64,000 nt of DNA from a virus (IMGVR_UViG_3300020048_000033:21156-85155); one strand, 5' to 3'; shown: positions 19,813-28,724, numbered from the stretch's first letter. Translations and numbers: made by a program. The notes: a model not told the origin generated them from the letters alone.

Positions 19813-20220
19813 TCCAGTGATGGTTTACAATTACCAATTGTGGCTATCTCCTTGTTATAAAGAACTTATTGCTAGGGTCAGGCTCCTCTATTGAGAGAGC
19901 GGAATAGTTGGTGTCGAAGCCAGCCTGACCAATAGAGGGGAAGTTCGAATGTCCCCTTGAATACGATATATTAAAGTATACGTTAATATATATTATCGAT
20001 ACCTATGAAGTTTTTTTGGAAAAACAGCGACTATAACGGTCGGAGACAGGGACGGTTCGATGCCCCCCTTAGGTAAAGGTTGATGACAAACCTTAAGTCA
20101 TTATAGAGAAATATTAAAAGGATGGATACAGATGAAACAGATCAAACGTATCCTCAAGAATACATAGCGGTTTTTAAGTCCGTGTATTTTTGAGGTAAAG
20201 CAAACACTTAAAAATATTAC

Positions 20221-20293
20221 GGACTTATAGCTCAATAAGTAGAGCAAGCGGCTTTTAACCGCTAGGTCGGCAGTGCAATTCTGCCTAGGTTCA
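20221..20293 (+). tRNA. tRNA-Lys (anticodon UUU)
   Basis: D-arm GCTCAATAAGTAGAGC, anticodon stem AGCGG/CCGCT with loop CTTTTAA, T-arm GGCAG-TGCAATT-CTGCC, acceptor GGACTTA/TAGGTTC (wobbles). Confidence 0.65.
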
Positions 20294-20337
20294 AATAAAT
20301 TAGTTTTTAATAAAAGCTATTTTTACTATATGTGTAT

Positions 20338-20410
20338 CGGGATGTTGCCTAGTGGCTAAGGCGTCTGGTTTGGGACCAGAAGATCGGAGGTTCAAATCCT
20401 CTCATCCCGA
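20338..20410 (+). tRNA. tRNA-Pro (anticodon UGG)
   Basis: Acceptor CGGGATG/CATCCCG perfect, anticodon stem TCTGG/CCAGA with loop TTTGGGA, T-arm GGAGG-TTCAAAT-CCTCT. Confidence 0.75.
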
Positions 20411-20511
20411 CTAAAGGTTTCGTTGAGACCTTCGAAGATGTGTGACAATTTAACGGGTTCATGGCTATAACAAGCGTTTGGAGGCGTCAACCATTTCACA
20501 TCTTCACTTTT

Positions 20512-20585
20512 GGAGTGTTAGCTCAGTTGGTTAGAGCGTCTGCCTGTTAAGCAGAATGTCCCAAGTTCGAATCTTGGACTCTCCG
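20512..20585 (+). tRNA. tRNA-Asn (anticodon GUU)
   Basis: D-arm AGCTCAGTTGGTTAGAGC, anticodon stem TCTGC/GCAGA with loop CTGTTAA, T-arm CCAAG-TTCGAAT-CTTGG. Confidence 0.75.
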
Positions 20586-20726
20586 TTCCCTCTTTTTTAG
20601 GGTGGATTGAAAGAAAATATAAGGAGAAAAGCTATGAGTAATTTTAAGTTTAGTATCCTCTCTAGTCTTGCTTAACTATTGAAGCTTGTACGTAGAGAGG
20701 TTAAAGAAAACCAATCAATAGTACAA

Positions 20727-20799
20727 GTGGCGGTAGCTCAAGAGGAAGTAGCGATGGACTGAAGATCCATTGATGGGATTTCGAGTATCCCCTGTCGCA
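20727..20799 (+). tRNA. tRNA-Phe (anticodon GAA)
   Basis: Anticodon stem ATGGA/TCCAT with loop CTGAAGA, T-arm GGGAT-TTCGAGT-ATCCC. Acceptor GTGGCGG/CTGTCGC has 3 G-U pairs. Confidence 0.55.
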
Positions 20800-20813
20800 C
20801 TAGAGGTAATTGT

Positions 20814-21068
20814 ATGAATATGAATATCAAAGACCATGTGTCTGATAACAAGAAAGTAAGGTTTGTGTATTTTAAGGAAGGTTCCTTATTTTATGAAACC
20901 GAACTTGGGCTAATTTTTGAGGTACCTTCCTCAGATACTGGAAATGGAACTTTTGGTTCTGTGGAAAAAGCCTTAAACTTTATGAGATGGATTCGTCCTC
21001 AAATAGAGAAAAATAGACTGGCTCAAGAACAAAGTGCCGAAGGATTATTACTTGCTTGTAAATGCTAA
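20814..21068 (+). CDS. hypothetical protein
   Basis: Short ORF between tRNA clusters. Confidence 0.25.
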   Translation: MNMNIKDHVSDNKKVRFVYFKEGSLFYETELGLIFEVPSSDTGNGTFGSVEKALNFMRWIRPQIEKNRLAQEQSAEGLLLACKC

Positions 21069-21309
21069 GAAGATTATAGGGAATATAAAGTATATGTATT
21101 ACAATGACGCAAAGTTTTGTAATAAATTATCTTCAAGTAATCTTACCTTAGAAGTATACATGGTAAGAGTTCTTAGTGATAAAAGTTGGTATAAGGTTTA
21201 TAAAGAAACTTTTAGGGAGTTTAAGAAAACCATGAAGGTTTCCATAAAACTTGCTTTGAGAAAAATTAAAGAGCTTAGTAAAGAAAATAATGTTATTTGC
21301 AGTTTGTAA
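21034..21309 (+). CDS. hypothetical protein
   Basis: Short basic ORF. Confidence 0.25.
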   Translation: MPKDYYLLVNAKKIIGNIKYMYYNDAKFCNKLSSSNLTLEVYMVRVLSDKSWYKVYKETFREFKKTMKVSIKLALRKIKELSKENNVICSL

Positions 21310-21476
21310 AAACTGTTAATATATAAAAGACCAGTCCAGACCCTCGTAAGAGGAAAATCACTAATGGAGTTTCGATTCTCCTAAACAAAAAAAAGGATTA
21401 GTGAGGGACAGACGAACTTCAACCCGTACAGTTGACAGGAGAGCATTATAATGTTCGATGCTCGGTCTTTATTTTT

Positions 21477-21547
21477 GGATGTATTGTATATGGGTATTAC
21501 ACCTGCCTGTCGAGCAGGATAACTGGGTTCGAGTCCCAGTATGTCCG
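21477..21547 (+). tRNA. tRNA-Asp (anticodon GUC)
   Basis: Anticodon stem CCTGC/GCAGG with loop CTGTCGA, T-arm CTGGG-TTCGAGT-CCCAG, acceptor GGATGTA/TATGTCC. Confidence 0.6.
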
Positions 21548-21691
21548 TGGGCTTTATATGAACACTGTGAATTGCTGACTCTGGAAATCTCGCTGATTAC
21601 AGAAAGACCGACATGTTTGTAAGCTAACTTATCAGTTGCCGATAGGTAAAAAAGTTGAGGAAAGTTAACAAGTACTCAGCTTTGTTTTTAA

Positions 21692-21778
21692 CGAAGTTTC
21701 GTCCAGTGGTAAAAATGATGCATCATTAGGACAACACCTTAGGTGGTGGAAACATGGGTTCGATTCCCGTAGCTTCGA
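21692..21778 (+). ncRNA. tRNA-like gene with a palindromic hairpin (AATGATGCATCATT) inserted in the D-loop; anticodon loop ambiguous (CTTAGGT)
   Basis: Acceptor CGAAGTT/AGCTTCG and T-arm ATGGG-TTCGATT-CCCGT are canonical. Body is 87 nt with the insertion. Confidence 0.35.
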
Positions 21779-21785
21779 GATTATT

Positions 21786-21887
21786 GGGAGGGCGACGACG
21801 ATGGCGGTGTCGTTACAGATTAGAAGTCATGACCTGTGAATCTGTACCTTTAGGGAAAACAAGTTGGTTCGAATCCAACTCCACCCA
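21786..21887 (+). ncRNA. long tRNA-like gene (102 nt) with extended anticodon-region hairpin containing palindrome GTCATGAC
   Basis: Acceptor GGGAGGG/TCCACCC, D-arm ACGAC..GTCGT, T-arm GTTGG-TTCGAAT-CCAAC. The anticodon could not be assigned. Confidence 0.3.
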
Positions 21888-22400
21888 CTAAGTTGTTAGG
21901 TCAACTAAAAAAGAATATGCGTCAGTAACCAAATCTAGCAATGGAGCGGTCTGTAAAACCGTGGACTTCGGTCATAGTAGGGGCAGCACCTATCTGGCGC
22001 AAAGGGTTAAAGATTAGTCTTTAACTTTTAATTAAGGAACAAAATATCTGGTAGGTATATTCCTTAATAAATAAATAAACTGGACATCTACCTGTACCAA
22101 AGTAGTATAACGTCTTACTTTGAATACACCAAAAATAATAAACCAAAACGTTTCTGATAGAGTAGGGCCTGATCAGTTTACTCTGTTTGCATAGTAAGGA
22201 ATTATGCCCCCTTAAACAAGGGAAAACTTAAAGAAAACTTCGTAGAGTAATGACGAAGACAAAAGTGCAAAGCATACTCGGCAAGCTTTGTGACTTCATT
22301 CGATTTGCGTAATGAAGCGGAAAACTAAAAGCAACATTACAGTAAGAGCTATTCCCTCTGGAAACATAGAATAGTTCAGGTCTTACTAAAAGAGATTCCT

Positions 22401-22473
22401 GCTTTGATAGACTAGTGGTAAGTCTCCCATCTTTTTTGATGGGAAAACAGAGGTTCGATTCCTCTTTAAGGCT
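22401..22473 (+). ncRNA. tRNA-like gene with poly-U anticodon loop (stem CCCATC/GATGGG, loop TTTTTT)
   Basis: D-arm GACTAGTGGTAAGTC, T-arm AGAGG-TTCGATT-CCTCT, acceptor GCTTTGA/TTAAGGC (2 wobbles). Possibly a UUU anticodon in a 6- or 8-nt loop. Confidence 0.35.
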
Positions 22474-22485
22474 TCTTAGATTTTT

Positions 22486-22557
22486 GGAGTATTCGTCCAG
22501 TGGTTAGGACAACGGCTTTTCATGCCGTTAACGAGGGTTCAATTCCCTCATACTCCT
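22486..22557 (+). tRNA. tRNA-Glu (anticodon UUC)
   Basis: Acceptor GGAGTAT/ATACTCC perfect, D-arm GTCCAGTGGTTAGGAC, anticodon stem ACGGC/GCCGT with loop TTTTCAT, T-arm GAGGG-TTCAATT-CCCTC. Confidence 0.7.
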
Positions 22558-23388
22558 TTTTTATTGCAGGTAAGGTGTTGATGGACACATGTGAGTTTTC
22601 CAAACTTGAGTACTGAGATCGTTACTCAGTACCTGCTTGAAAAGAAGGGTGGTTTAGAAAGTCTCTGGTAGGACTTCTGGATTGATCTTCGTTCGGGGTT
22701 TATGTTTACCAGAACATATATTTCTGAATAGACTTTATAGCTCAGGGGTAGAGCACCGATACACGGGGGGGCGCAGGTTCGAGTCCTGTTGGAGTTAGAT
22801 TTTTGTGGGTCGAAAGATTTGGTGATCCGTGGTTCCTCGATGGAGTTGCAACCAGAGAAGGTAGGACGGGTGGGTACTATGAAGACCCTATCCAAGGTAT
22901 GCAAAATGCAACCCTCATACCCCACAAATTTTAAGTGGTCAACACACTATGACACATCGGATAGACGATGGAAGAATATGTTTTTGTTAATATATTCTCT
23001 GGACACGGTGTTGTACGAACCTTAAGGGATTTAGGTGACTTAGTTTTTCAGAGCAAAAACATGTTTGGTAAGTCTAGCCGATACAAAGTATCGGAGGTGG
23101 GTGTAGAGATACAACCAAATAGAACGTTCAACTCGTTCATAGACTATGTTTTTGGGGTTTTGTTTGGTACCTTGTCTGGTATCGAGAAAAACTTCCCGTC
23201 TCAAGTAGCAATAGCTGTTTGAGCATCATAGGCACCTTGAATAAGTGAGTCAACCTTTGAACCTCCTAGGGACTATTCACCTTAGGAGTTTTTATGCCAT
23301 TATAGCCACACCTTTTATAGTGTGGATTAGAATATGTTTTAAATTGAACTTACCTCCAAGCTTTAATTAATAGCTCTACTAATTAATT

Positions 23389-24252
23389 ATGAGTAAAACA
23401 GAAGCTTGGTACTTAGCTATGGCTAAGAGAAAGGGTAATGGAACAAATCAATTTACTAAAGCAAAGAAATTAGGTTTAGATAAACCTGTAGTTTCAGAAA
23501 ATACTAGAAAAAAGCTTAGTATAGTAGCTACGGGAAGGATACACTCGGAAGACACTAAAAAAAGAATGTCTGAAACCCATAAAAAGAATGGATTGAGTGG
23601 TGGAATTAGACCTCATAAATCAGGATTTGGAATAAAAGGGTACTACGATAATATTTTTTTTGATTCATCTTGGGAATTAGCTTATTATTTGTACTGTAAA
23701 AATAATAATTCTAATATTATAAGAAATACTGACAAGTTCAGATATGAGTATAATGGGGTAAGTCATAATTATACTCCAGATTTTATTGTAGATGGGGTTT
23801 ATGTTGAAATTAAAGGCTATGAAAATGATCAAATGAGGGCTAAGTATTTATCCGTCCCTTCTTTAATTGTTCTTCATAAAAAAGAAATGATGCCAATTAT
23901 AGAACTTGTAAAGAAGGTTTTTGGTGAAAATTTTGTAGAGTTATTTAAAACTGACGTAACAGAAAACTTAAAAAATGTAAGATTGAAACATTTATCTGAG
24001 TTAGTTGAAGCTAAAGAACTTGGAAAACTAGATAAGAATGGAAATATAAGTTTTAAGAAATTGGGGGTTATGGATATATCTTATAGGATTAATCTAGTAT
24101 TATCTTCTAATATAGATTTTTCTAAGTTCGGTTGGGTGAGTAGAGTATCTGAGATACTTAATTTGTCCCACTCCCAAGTACGAAGATTTATGATAGAAAA
24201 TATGGAAAGTTTTTATAAAGAAAAATGTTTTCATAGAAGTTTGCCCGTTTAG
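23389..24252 (+). CDS. homing-endonuclease-like protein (NUMOD-type DNA-binding repeats + PD-(D/E)xK-like nuclease; shares a C-terminal domain with 60688-61752)
   Basis: Repeated SENTRKKLS / SEDTKKRMSETHK motifs, then YTPDFIVDGVYVEIKG (PD..E.K). C-terminal ...NIDFSKFGWVSRVSEILNLSHSQVRRFMIENMESFYKEKCFHRS parallels the C-terminus of ORF 60688. Confidence 0.5.
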   Translation: MSKTEAWYLAMAKRKGNGTNQFTKAKKLGLDKPVVSENTRKKLSIVATGRIHSEDTKKRMSETHKKNGLSGGIRPHKSGFGIKGYYDNIFFDSSWELAYYLYCKNNNSNIIRNTDKFRYEYNGVSHNYTPDFIVDGVYVEIKGYENDQMRAKYLSVPSLIVLHKKEMMPIIELVKKVFGENFVELFKTDVTENLKNVRLKHLSELVEAKELGKLDKNGNISFKKLGVMDISYRINLVLSSNIDFSKFGWVSRVSEILNLSHSQVRRFMIENMESFYKEKCFHRSLPV

Positions 24253-24313
24253 TATAATGGTATTATTCCTGTTTTGTAATCAGGAGACAGGGGTTCGATT
24301 CCTCTAATCGGCA
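24243..24313 (+). ncRNA. tRNA-like gene with 9-nt anticodon loop (TTTTGTAAT); overlaps the stop of the upstream CDS
   Basis: Acceptor GCCCGTT/AATCGGC (one mismatch), T-arm AGGGG-TTCGATT-CCTCT, anticodon stem TCCTG/CAGGA. Confidence 0.35.
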
Positions 24314-24319
24314 GTATTA

Positions 24320-24372
24320 AAGATGCACACAGCGAGTAAAATCAATTTTTGTTTGAAAAACCTTGCATCTTG
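24320..24372 (+). repeat. hairpin + ACAGCGAGTAA motif element (stand-alone copy between tRNAs)
   Basis: AAGATGCA-CACAGCGAGTAAAATCAA...-TGCATCTT. The same ACAGCGAGTAA core recurs at 25104, 26128, 30894 and (variant) 32650. Confidence 0.4.
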
Positions 24373-24378
24373 TTTTTT

Positions 24379-24452
24379 GGGGATATAGCTCAGTTGGTTA
24401 GAGCATCGGTTTTGCAAATCGAGGGTCAGGGGTTCGAATCCCCTTTTCTCCA
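24379..24452 (+). tRNA. tRNA-Ala (anticodon UGC)
   Basis: G3-U70 wobble in acceptor GGGGATA/TTTCTCC, D-arm GCTCAGTTGGTTAGAGC, anticodon stem TCGGT/ATCGA with loop TTTGCAA, T-arm AGGGG-TTCGAAT-CCCCT. Confidence 0.8.
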
Positions 24453-24460
24453 TCATTTTT

Positions 24461-24547
24461 GGAACGATGTTCGAGAGGTTTAAGAAAACAGTTTGCTAAA
24501 CTGTCGTATGTGAAAGCATACCGCTGGTTCAAATCCAGCTCGTTCCG
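24461..24547 (+). tRNA. tRNA-Ser (anticodon GCU), class II
   Basis: Acceptor GGAACGA/TCGTTCC perfect, anticodon stem ACAGT/ACTGT with loop TTGCTAA, long variable arm, T-arm CTGG-TTCAAAT-CCAG. Confidence 0.8.
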
Positions 24548-25043
24548 TAAGGTTGGATACACAATCTAAACCGTGTACCATGTTCTCTCTGGACAATGCA
24601 AGTCGTTGTTCCTTTGGAATGGGGTGGCTGTTGAACTCAGCTAGTGTATTCAATGTATTGATTAAGAAGAAGAACTTGGCTTATGATAGTGAAGCTATCA
24701 CTCTTCGCAACCGAGAGTGAAACGTTATCTTAAAAGGCATGGTTAGAAATCCAGTACGAGATATGGTACCTATCGTAGACTATTGGAGAGTTTCAGTTAA
24801 GTTTTTCTTTTTTATTATTGCGGGTGTATCCCCTCACTCTGATAAGGTGTAGAAAGGGTATCCGGTTACAGGGTGGTTCAAGTCCACCGACCCGCACTTC
24901 TTGTTTTAGCTTAGAGGTAGAGCGACTGGGATGACAGTGAGACGGTGTATCGAAACCGCCAAACAGGATTACAAAAATTGTTTCCCACCTTAAGGAAGAA
25001 GAGTTGTCCAGCTCTTGATTCTTATAAAACAATTTTATTTTTT

Positions 25044-25162
25044 GGGGCGGTAGCTTAGTTGGTAGAGCAACAGTATGTAACAAAAGAGGTTTGTAAAAAT
25101 CTCATACAGCGAGTAATAACAATTGGAACTGTGTGTCGGTGGTTCGAATCCACCCTGCCCCA
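25044..25162 (+). ncRNA. tRNA-like gene interrupted by a ~50-nt insertion carrying the ACAGCGAGTAA motif
   Basis: Acceptor GGGGCGG/CTGCCCC, D-arm GCTTAGTTGGTAGAGC, T-arm GGTGG-TTCGAAT-CCACC. Anticodon stem halves ACAG...CTGT are separated by CAAAAGAGGTTTGTAAAAATCTCATACAGCGAGTAATAACAATTGGAA. Confidence 0.4.
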
Positions 25163-25384
25163 TCTCATTAAGAATTTACAGGAGTAAGTTGAAATGCAAA
25201 TGTTTGACAAAGTTAAACTTAATTTTGACCACAATAGACTTTTAACTGATGATATGATTTCTTGGATGGAAGAACATAAAACTTCAATCTTTAAGATTGA
25301 AAAAATATCTGATGAATCTGTTAAACTTTTCAAGATAAACTTTTGGATTACCAAAGATTTGTTAATCTTACTGTAGAATTACTT

Positions 25385-25457
25385 GCCTTGTTATTTCAGT
25401 AGTTAGAATGAGATCCTTACACGGTCTAGGTCGTAGGTGCGAATCCTACACAAGGTA
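25385..25457 (+). tRNA. tRNA-Val (anticodon UAC)
   Basis: Acceptor GCCTTGT/ACAAGGT, anticodon stem AGATC/GGTCT with loop CTTACAC, T-arm GTAGG-TGCGAAT-CCTAC. Confidence 0.55.
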
Positions 25458-25611
25458 TTATGGAAAATGATAAAGAGATAAAATGTTCAGTATGTGAAGA
25501 TTCAGGTTGGGTTCTACATCAAGTATTCCAAGACCTTATACACGCAGATATGAGTGTATTCGTTCATAAGCTTTATGTTGAATGTGTTTGTAAGAAAGAG
25601 AAGAAGACTGC

Positions 25612-25938
25612 ATGAAGAAATTAATTGTTCTTGGTTTAGTATTAGCTATATGTTTTCAAACTTATGGTCAACAAGTAGAAAGTTCTGGAACTATTATTCT
25701 TACTTCTAAACGTCTTGATTGGACTGAATATGAACTTAAGATTATTACAGAAGTGCCGGTAATTGTTGACTATACAACGCTTTGTGAAACTTCCTTGAAC
25801 GAATTAAATTCTTCAGTGAAAAAATACATTGCTATGGGATGGCAACCCTACGGGGGAGTAACTTTTAGTTTGACTAATGGAAGCACCTATACAAATACCC
25901 ATTTGTATGTCCAAGTACTAGTAAAGTATAAGAAATAG
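25612..25938 (+). CDS. hypothetical secreted protein
   Basis: N-terminal signal peptide MKKLIVLGLVLAICFQTYG. Confidence 0.35.
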   Translation: MKKLIVLGLVLAICFQTYGQQVESSGTIILTSKRLDWTEYELKIITEVPVIVDYTTLCETSLNELNSSVKKYIAMGWQPYGGVTFSLTNGSTYTNTHLYVQVLVKYKK

Positions 25939-26064
25939 ACTTTCAAAGAGTTTTCAGACTTTTTAACACTGAATATTTGAGAGATAGAAACTCTTAAGAA
26001 GGGTGGACTTCAAATAGCTCATGAACTTTTACTAACGATTGAAAGCGTCAAGTAAAAGTTTCTT

Positions 26065-26186
26065 GCTCCTTTAACTCAGCGGTAGAGTCCGAAAAAACAA
26101 AATGAACTTTGAAAAAAGTTCACACAGCGAGTAACAAAAATACCCATTTAAGGTCGTGGTCGTAGGTTCGATTCCTACAGGGAGCT
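26065..26186 (+). ncRNA. tRNA-like gene interrupted by a ~45-nt insertion (hairpin GAACTTTGAAAAAAGTTC + ACACAGCGAGTAAC)
   Basis: Acceptor GCTCCTT/AGGGAGC, D-arm ACTCAGCGGTAGAGT, T-arm GTAGG-TTCGATT-CCTAC. 122 nt overall. Confidence 0.4.
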
Positions 26187-26566
26187 GAAAATAACTTTGT
26201 GTGATGGAAGGGAATCATCCGGCAGTGCGTAAGTCCGAAATGTACAAAGGTCGAGGTACTGAGAAGCCTAGGGGCGAAGCTTATGAAATAGGCTAATGTG
26301 AAGAGTTCGAGTCTCTTCGAAAGTTATTTTTCTTTTGTTTATCTAAGGTTGAAAAAGCCTTTTATAATATTTTATGTTCTGGCTAGAGTGGAAAAGGGGC
26401 AAGGCGATAGAGCTTTATTCTTAACTGGATAATAGTAGTCTTAGGTAATCCCAAACCTCTTAGTCAACATGGTGGATGTTGGGGAGTAGACAAACCCAGT
26501 TGCCTGTGGAGCAACTATTGTAATGATTTCGACAGTGCAAATCTGTTCATCCACCCTTTCTGTTAT

Positions 26567-26640
26567 GCTGAATTAGAAAAGAGGTTTAATTCAATCGGCT
26601 CATATCCGGTCATGCGTAGGTTCGATTCCTACATTCAGCA
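26567..26640 (+). tRNA. tRNA-Met/Ile2 (anticodon CAU)
   Basis: Acceptor GCTGAAT/ATTCAGC perfect, anticodon stem ATCGG/CCGGT with loop CTCATAT, T-arm GTAGG-TTCGATT-CCTAC. Confidence 0.75.
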
Positions 26641-26772
26641 AAGTTGTGAATAATTAAGGCTACAACTAATTATCTATAAAGGAGAACACATGAAGTAGAT
26701 TTTTACATTAGGACCTTGAAGTAAATTGTTTTATTTTCTAAAAACATTTTTACACAATTCAAGGAGCAATTT

Positions 26773-27267
26773 ATGAACGCACAAGCAACAGAGACTAAAA
26801 CATTCAATGAAGTAGTATACGCTACTGATCGTACAACCTTTCTTTCAATGAAAGCACAACAAAAAGAAATATTTTCCGAGAGAAGAACTCATTCTTTAGA
26901 ACAGGAAAATACACGTCTTTGGAATGATTGGGTTTCAAAGAAACCTGTAGAGGTTGATCAATTCATTCAACATAAATGTGATATGGGACACTATCACAGT
27001 ATAACGAACCCTGACTACAAAGATTATAAAGTTATTCATGATTCTTGGAGAGCTTTAAAACCTTGTATTACAAACGGTGAGATATATACAAAGTCCTATG
27101 CAAGAAACTTTAACATTGTATACAGTATGATTAGAGGTAGAACTTACAAGCAGGTTGAATCAAAGGTTAGAGAAAACAATAAACCTGATTTGTACGAGAT
27201 AAAAAGAATTATAAAGGCTTTTAACTTAGATGAAACATTCTTTTTTGAGAATGGCGGTCTTAAATAA
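26773..27267 (+). CDS. hypothetical protein
   Basis: 164-aa ORF. Confidence 0.35.
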   Translation: MNAQATETKTFNEVVYATDRTTFLSMKAQQKEIFSERRTHSLEQENTRLWNDWVSKKPVEVDQFIQHKCDMGHYHSITNPDYKDYKVIHDSWRALKPCITNGEIYTKSYARNFNIVYSMIRGRTYKQVESKVRENNKPDLYEIKRIIKAFNLDETFFFENGGLK

Positions 27268-28352
27268 TGGCTGATTTAATTTCACAAAAAATAATTGTTA
27301 ACCTTCAAGCAAATATGCCTCAAGGTATAAATTACTCTCTACTAATTAATAGAGAGGAACTTATGGATATTTATAAGTTAACTAGTCCTTCAGGAAAAGT
27401 TTATATTGGAAAAGCTAAAGATGCAAATAATAGATGGAAAGGTCATTTAGCTAATTCTAAAAAAGAGGCTTGTAAAAGTCATCTTTGTTTAGCAATAAAA
27501 AAGTATGGTTTTGATTCTTTTAAAAAAGAAATAATCGACTTTGCTGAAACCGCTGAAGACTTAAATATAAAGGAACAATTTTGGATATCTTTTTTTGAAA
27601 GTAATAATAAAGAAAAAGGTTATAATTGTACAAAAGGTGGTGATGGTGGAGATACTTGGTCATATCTTACACCAGAACAAAAAGCTTTAGCTATTGCAAA
27701 AAGACCTCCTATGTCTAATGAAACTAAATTGAAACTCTCGGTTATACTTACAGAAAAATATAAACAGGTTAGTCATCCTAGTTGTGGAAAACCTTCTTGG
27801 AACAGCGGCCTAAAATCTGAATCTATACCGTGGAATAAAGGACAAACTTATTCAACTGGACCTAGGAGTGAAGAAACTTGTAGAAATATAAGTGAAAGCT
27901 TAAAAGGAAAACAGCTTTCAGAAGAACATAAATTAAGAATAAGTAATACACTAAAAGGAAGAATAAGGACAACTGAATCAATTGAGAAATCAAGTAAAGC
28001 ACATTGTGGTATTCCATTATCTGAAAGTCATAAAAAATCAATAAGTATTTCGTGTACTGGACGTGTAGTTTCAGAAGAAACTAGAAAAAAACAAAGTGAA
28101 TCAGCAATAGGAAGAGAACCTTGGAATAAAGGACTTAAAACTAACAAACAGTCTTGGAATAAAGGATTAGTTGTTGGAAATAGTACTCATTTTAAGATTA
28201 AAATCAAGTGTTTAGAAACTGATGATATTTTTAATTCAATTAAAGAAGCCGCAGAAAAATTAGATTCAAGTAGTAGTATGATAAGTATGCAACTTAGTGG
28301 AAAAAGAAAAAGTGCAAATGGCTTTCATTTTATAAAAGTGGAGGACAATTAA
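27267..28352 (+). CDS. GIY-YIG homing endonuclease with NUMOD3 DNA-binding repeats; first ~13 codons duplicate the start of the downstream gene
   Basis: GIY-YIG core DIYKLTSPSGKVYIGKAKDANNRWKGH ... FWISFFESNN. Repeated SEEHKLRISNTLKG / SEETRKKQSES motifs. N-terminal MADLISQKIIVNL is near-identical to the start of ORF 28353 (MADLISQKIVLNL). The true start is probably MDIYKL at 27363. Confidence 0.7.
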   Translation: MADLISQKIIVNLQANMPQGINYSLLINREELMDIYKLTSPSGKVYIGKAKDANNRWKGHLANSKKEACKSHLCLAIKKYGFDSFKKEIIDFAETAEDLNIKEQFWISFFESNNKEKGYNCTKGGDGGDTWSYLTPEQKALAIAKRPPMSNETKLKLSVILTEKYKQVSHPSCGKPSWNSGLKSESIPWNKGQTYSTGPRSEETCRNISESLKGKQLSEEHKLRISNTLKGRIRTTESIEKSSKAHCGIPLSESHKKSISISCTGRVVSEETRKKQSESAIGREPWNKGLKTNKQSWNKGLVVGNSTHFKIKIKCLETDDIFNSIKEAAEKLDSSSSMISMQLSGKRKSANGFHFIKVEDN

Positions 28353-28724
28353 ATGGCTGATTTAATTTCACAGAAAATAGTGCTTAATCTAAATACAACT
28401 TTTTCATTGGGGAGGCTTTCAGCCCAAAGCGCACATGCCAGTTGGATATCAGTTCTTGATCAAGGATATTGGGATAGTAATGATAATTTTGTCATTCCTT
28501 GTAAAACCAAACCTGAATTAAAGAGTTGGCTTTCTGGACAGTTTACAAAAGTTATGTTAAGAGGTTGGGGTGATGATATGCTTTTATCTTTAAGAGATAA
28601 GGCAGAAGAGAATGGAATCCCCTTTGGTTTAATGTCGGAGGATGGTTTTCATACTGCCCTTTCGATAGGTCCGGCTCTTACTAAAGACATCGATTTAACC
28701 ATCGGTAAATTACTCTTGTTATAA
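28353..28724 (+). CDS. peptidyl-tRNA hydrolase, PTH2 family-like
   Basis: GRLSAQSAHAS resembles the PTH2 G-K-I-A-A-Q-C-S-H-A-A active-site motif. C-terminal TALSIGPALTKDIDLTIGKL matches the PTH2 ...LGIGPGP..LID..TG.L end. Confidence 0.5.
   Translation: MADLISQKIVLNLNTTFSLGRLSAQSAHASWISVLDQGYWDSNDNFVIPCKTKPELKSWLSGQFTKVMLRGWGDDMLLSLRDKAEENGIPFGLMSEDGFHTALSIGPALTKDIDLTIGKLLLL

Noticed and set aside
19860-19960. Possible tmRNA-like pseudoknot (GGTCAGGCT / CCTCTATTG / AGCCTGACC / CAATAGAGG crossing helices followed by GGGGAAGTTCGAATGTCCCC)
   Set aside because: No tag-peptide reading frame or 3' CCA-type acceptor could be identified by eye. Left as an unexplained structured segment within the tRNA island.
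22626-23222. ORFs 22626-22925(-), 22789-23025(+), 22968-23222(+)
   Set aside because: They lie in an ORF-poor, GC-elevated stretch contiguous with the tRNA island. They overlap one another and a tRNA-like gene (22735-22800) and have no RBS context. More likely non-coding.
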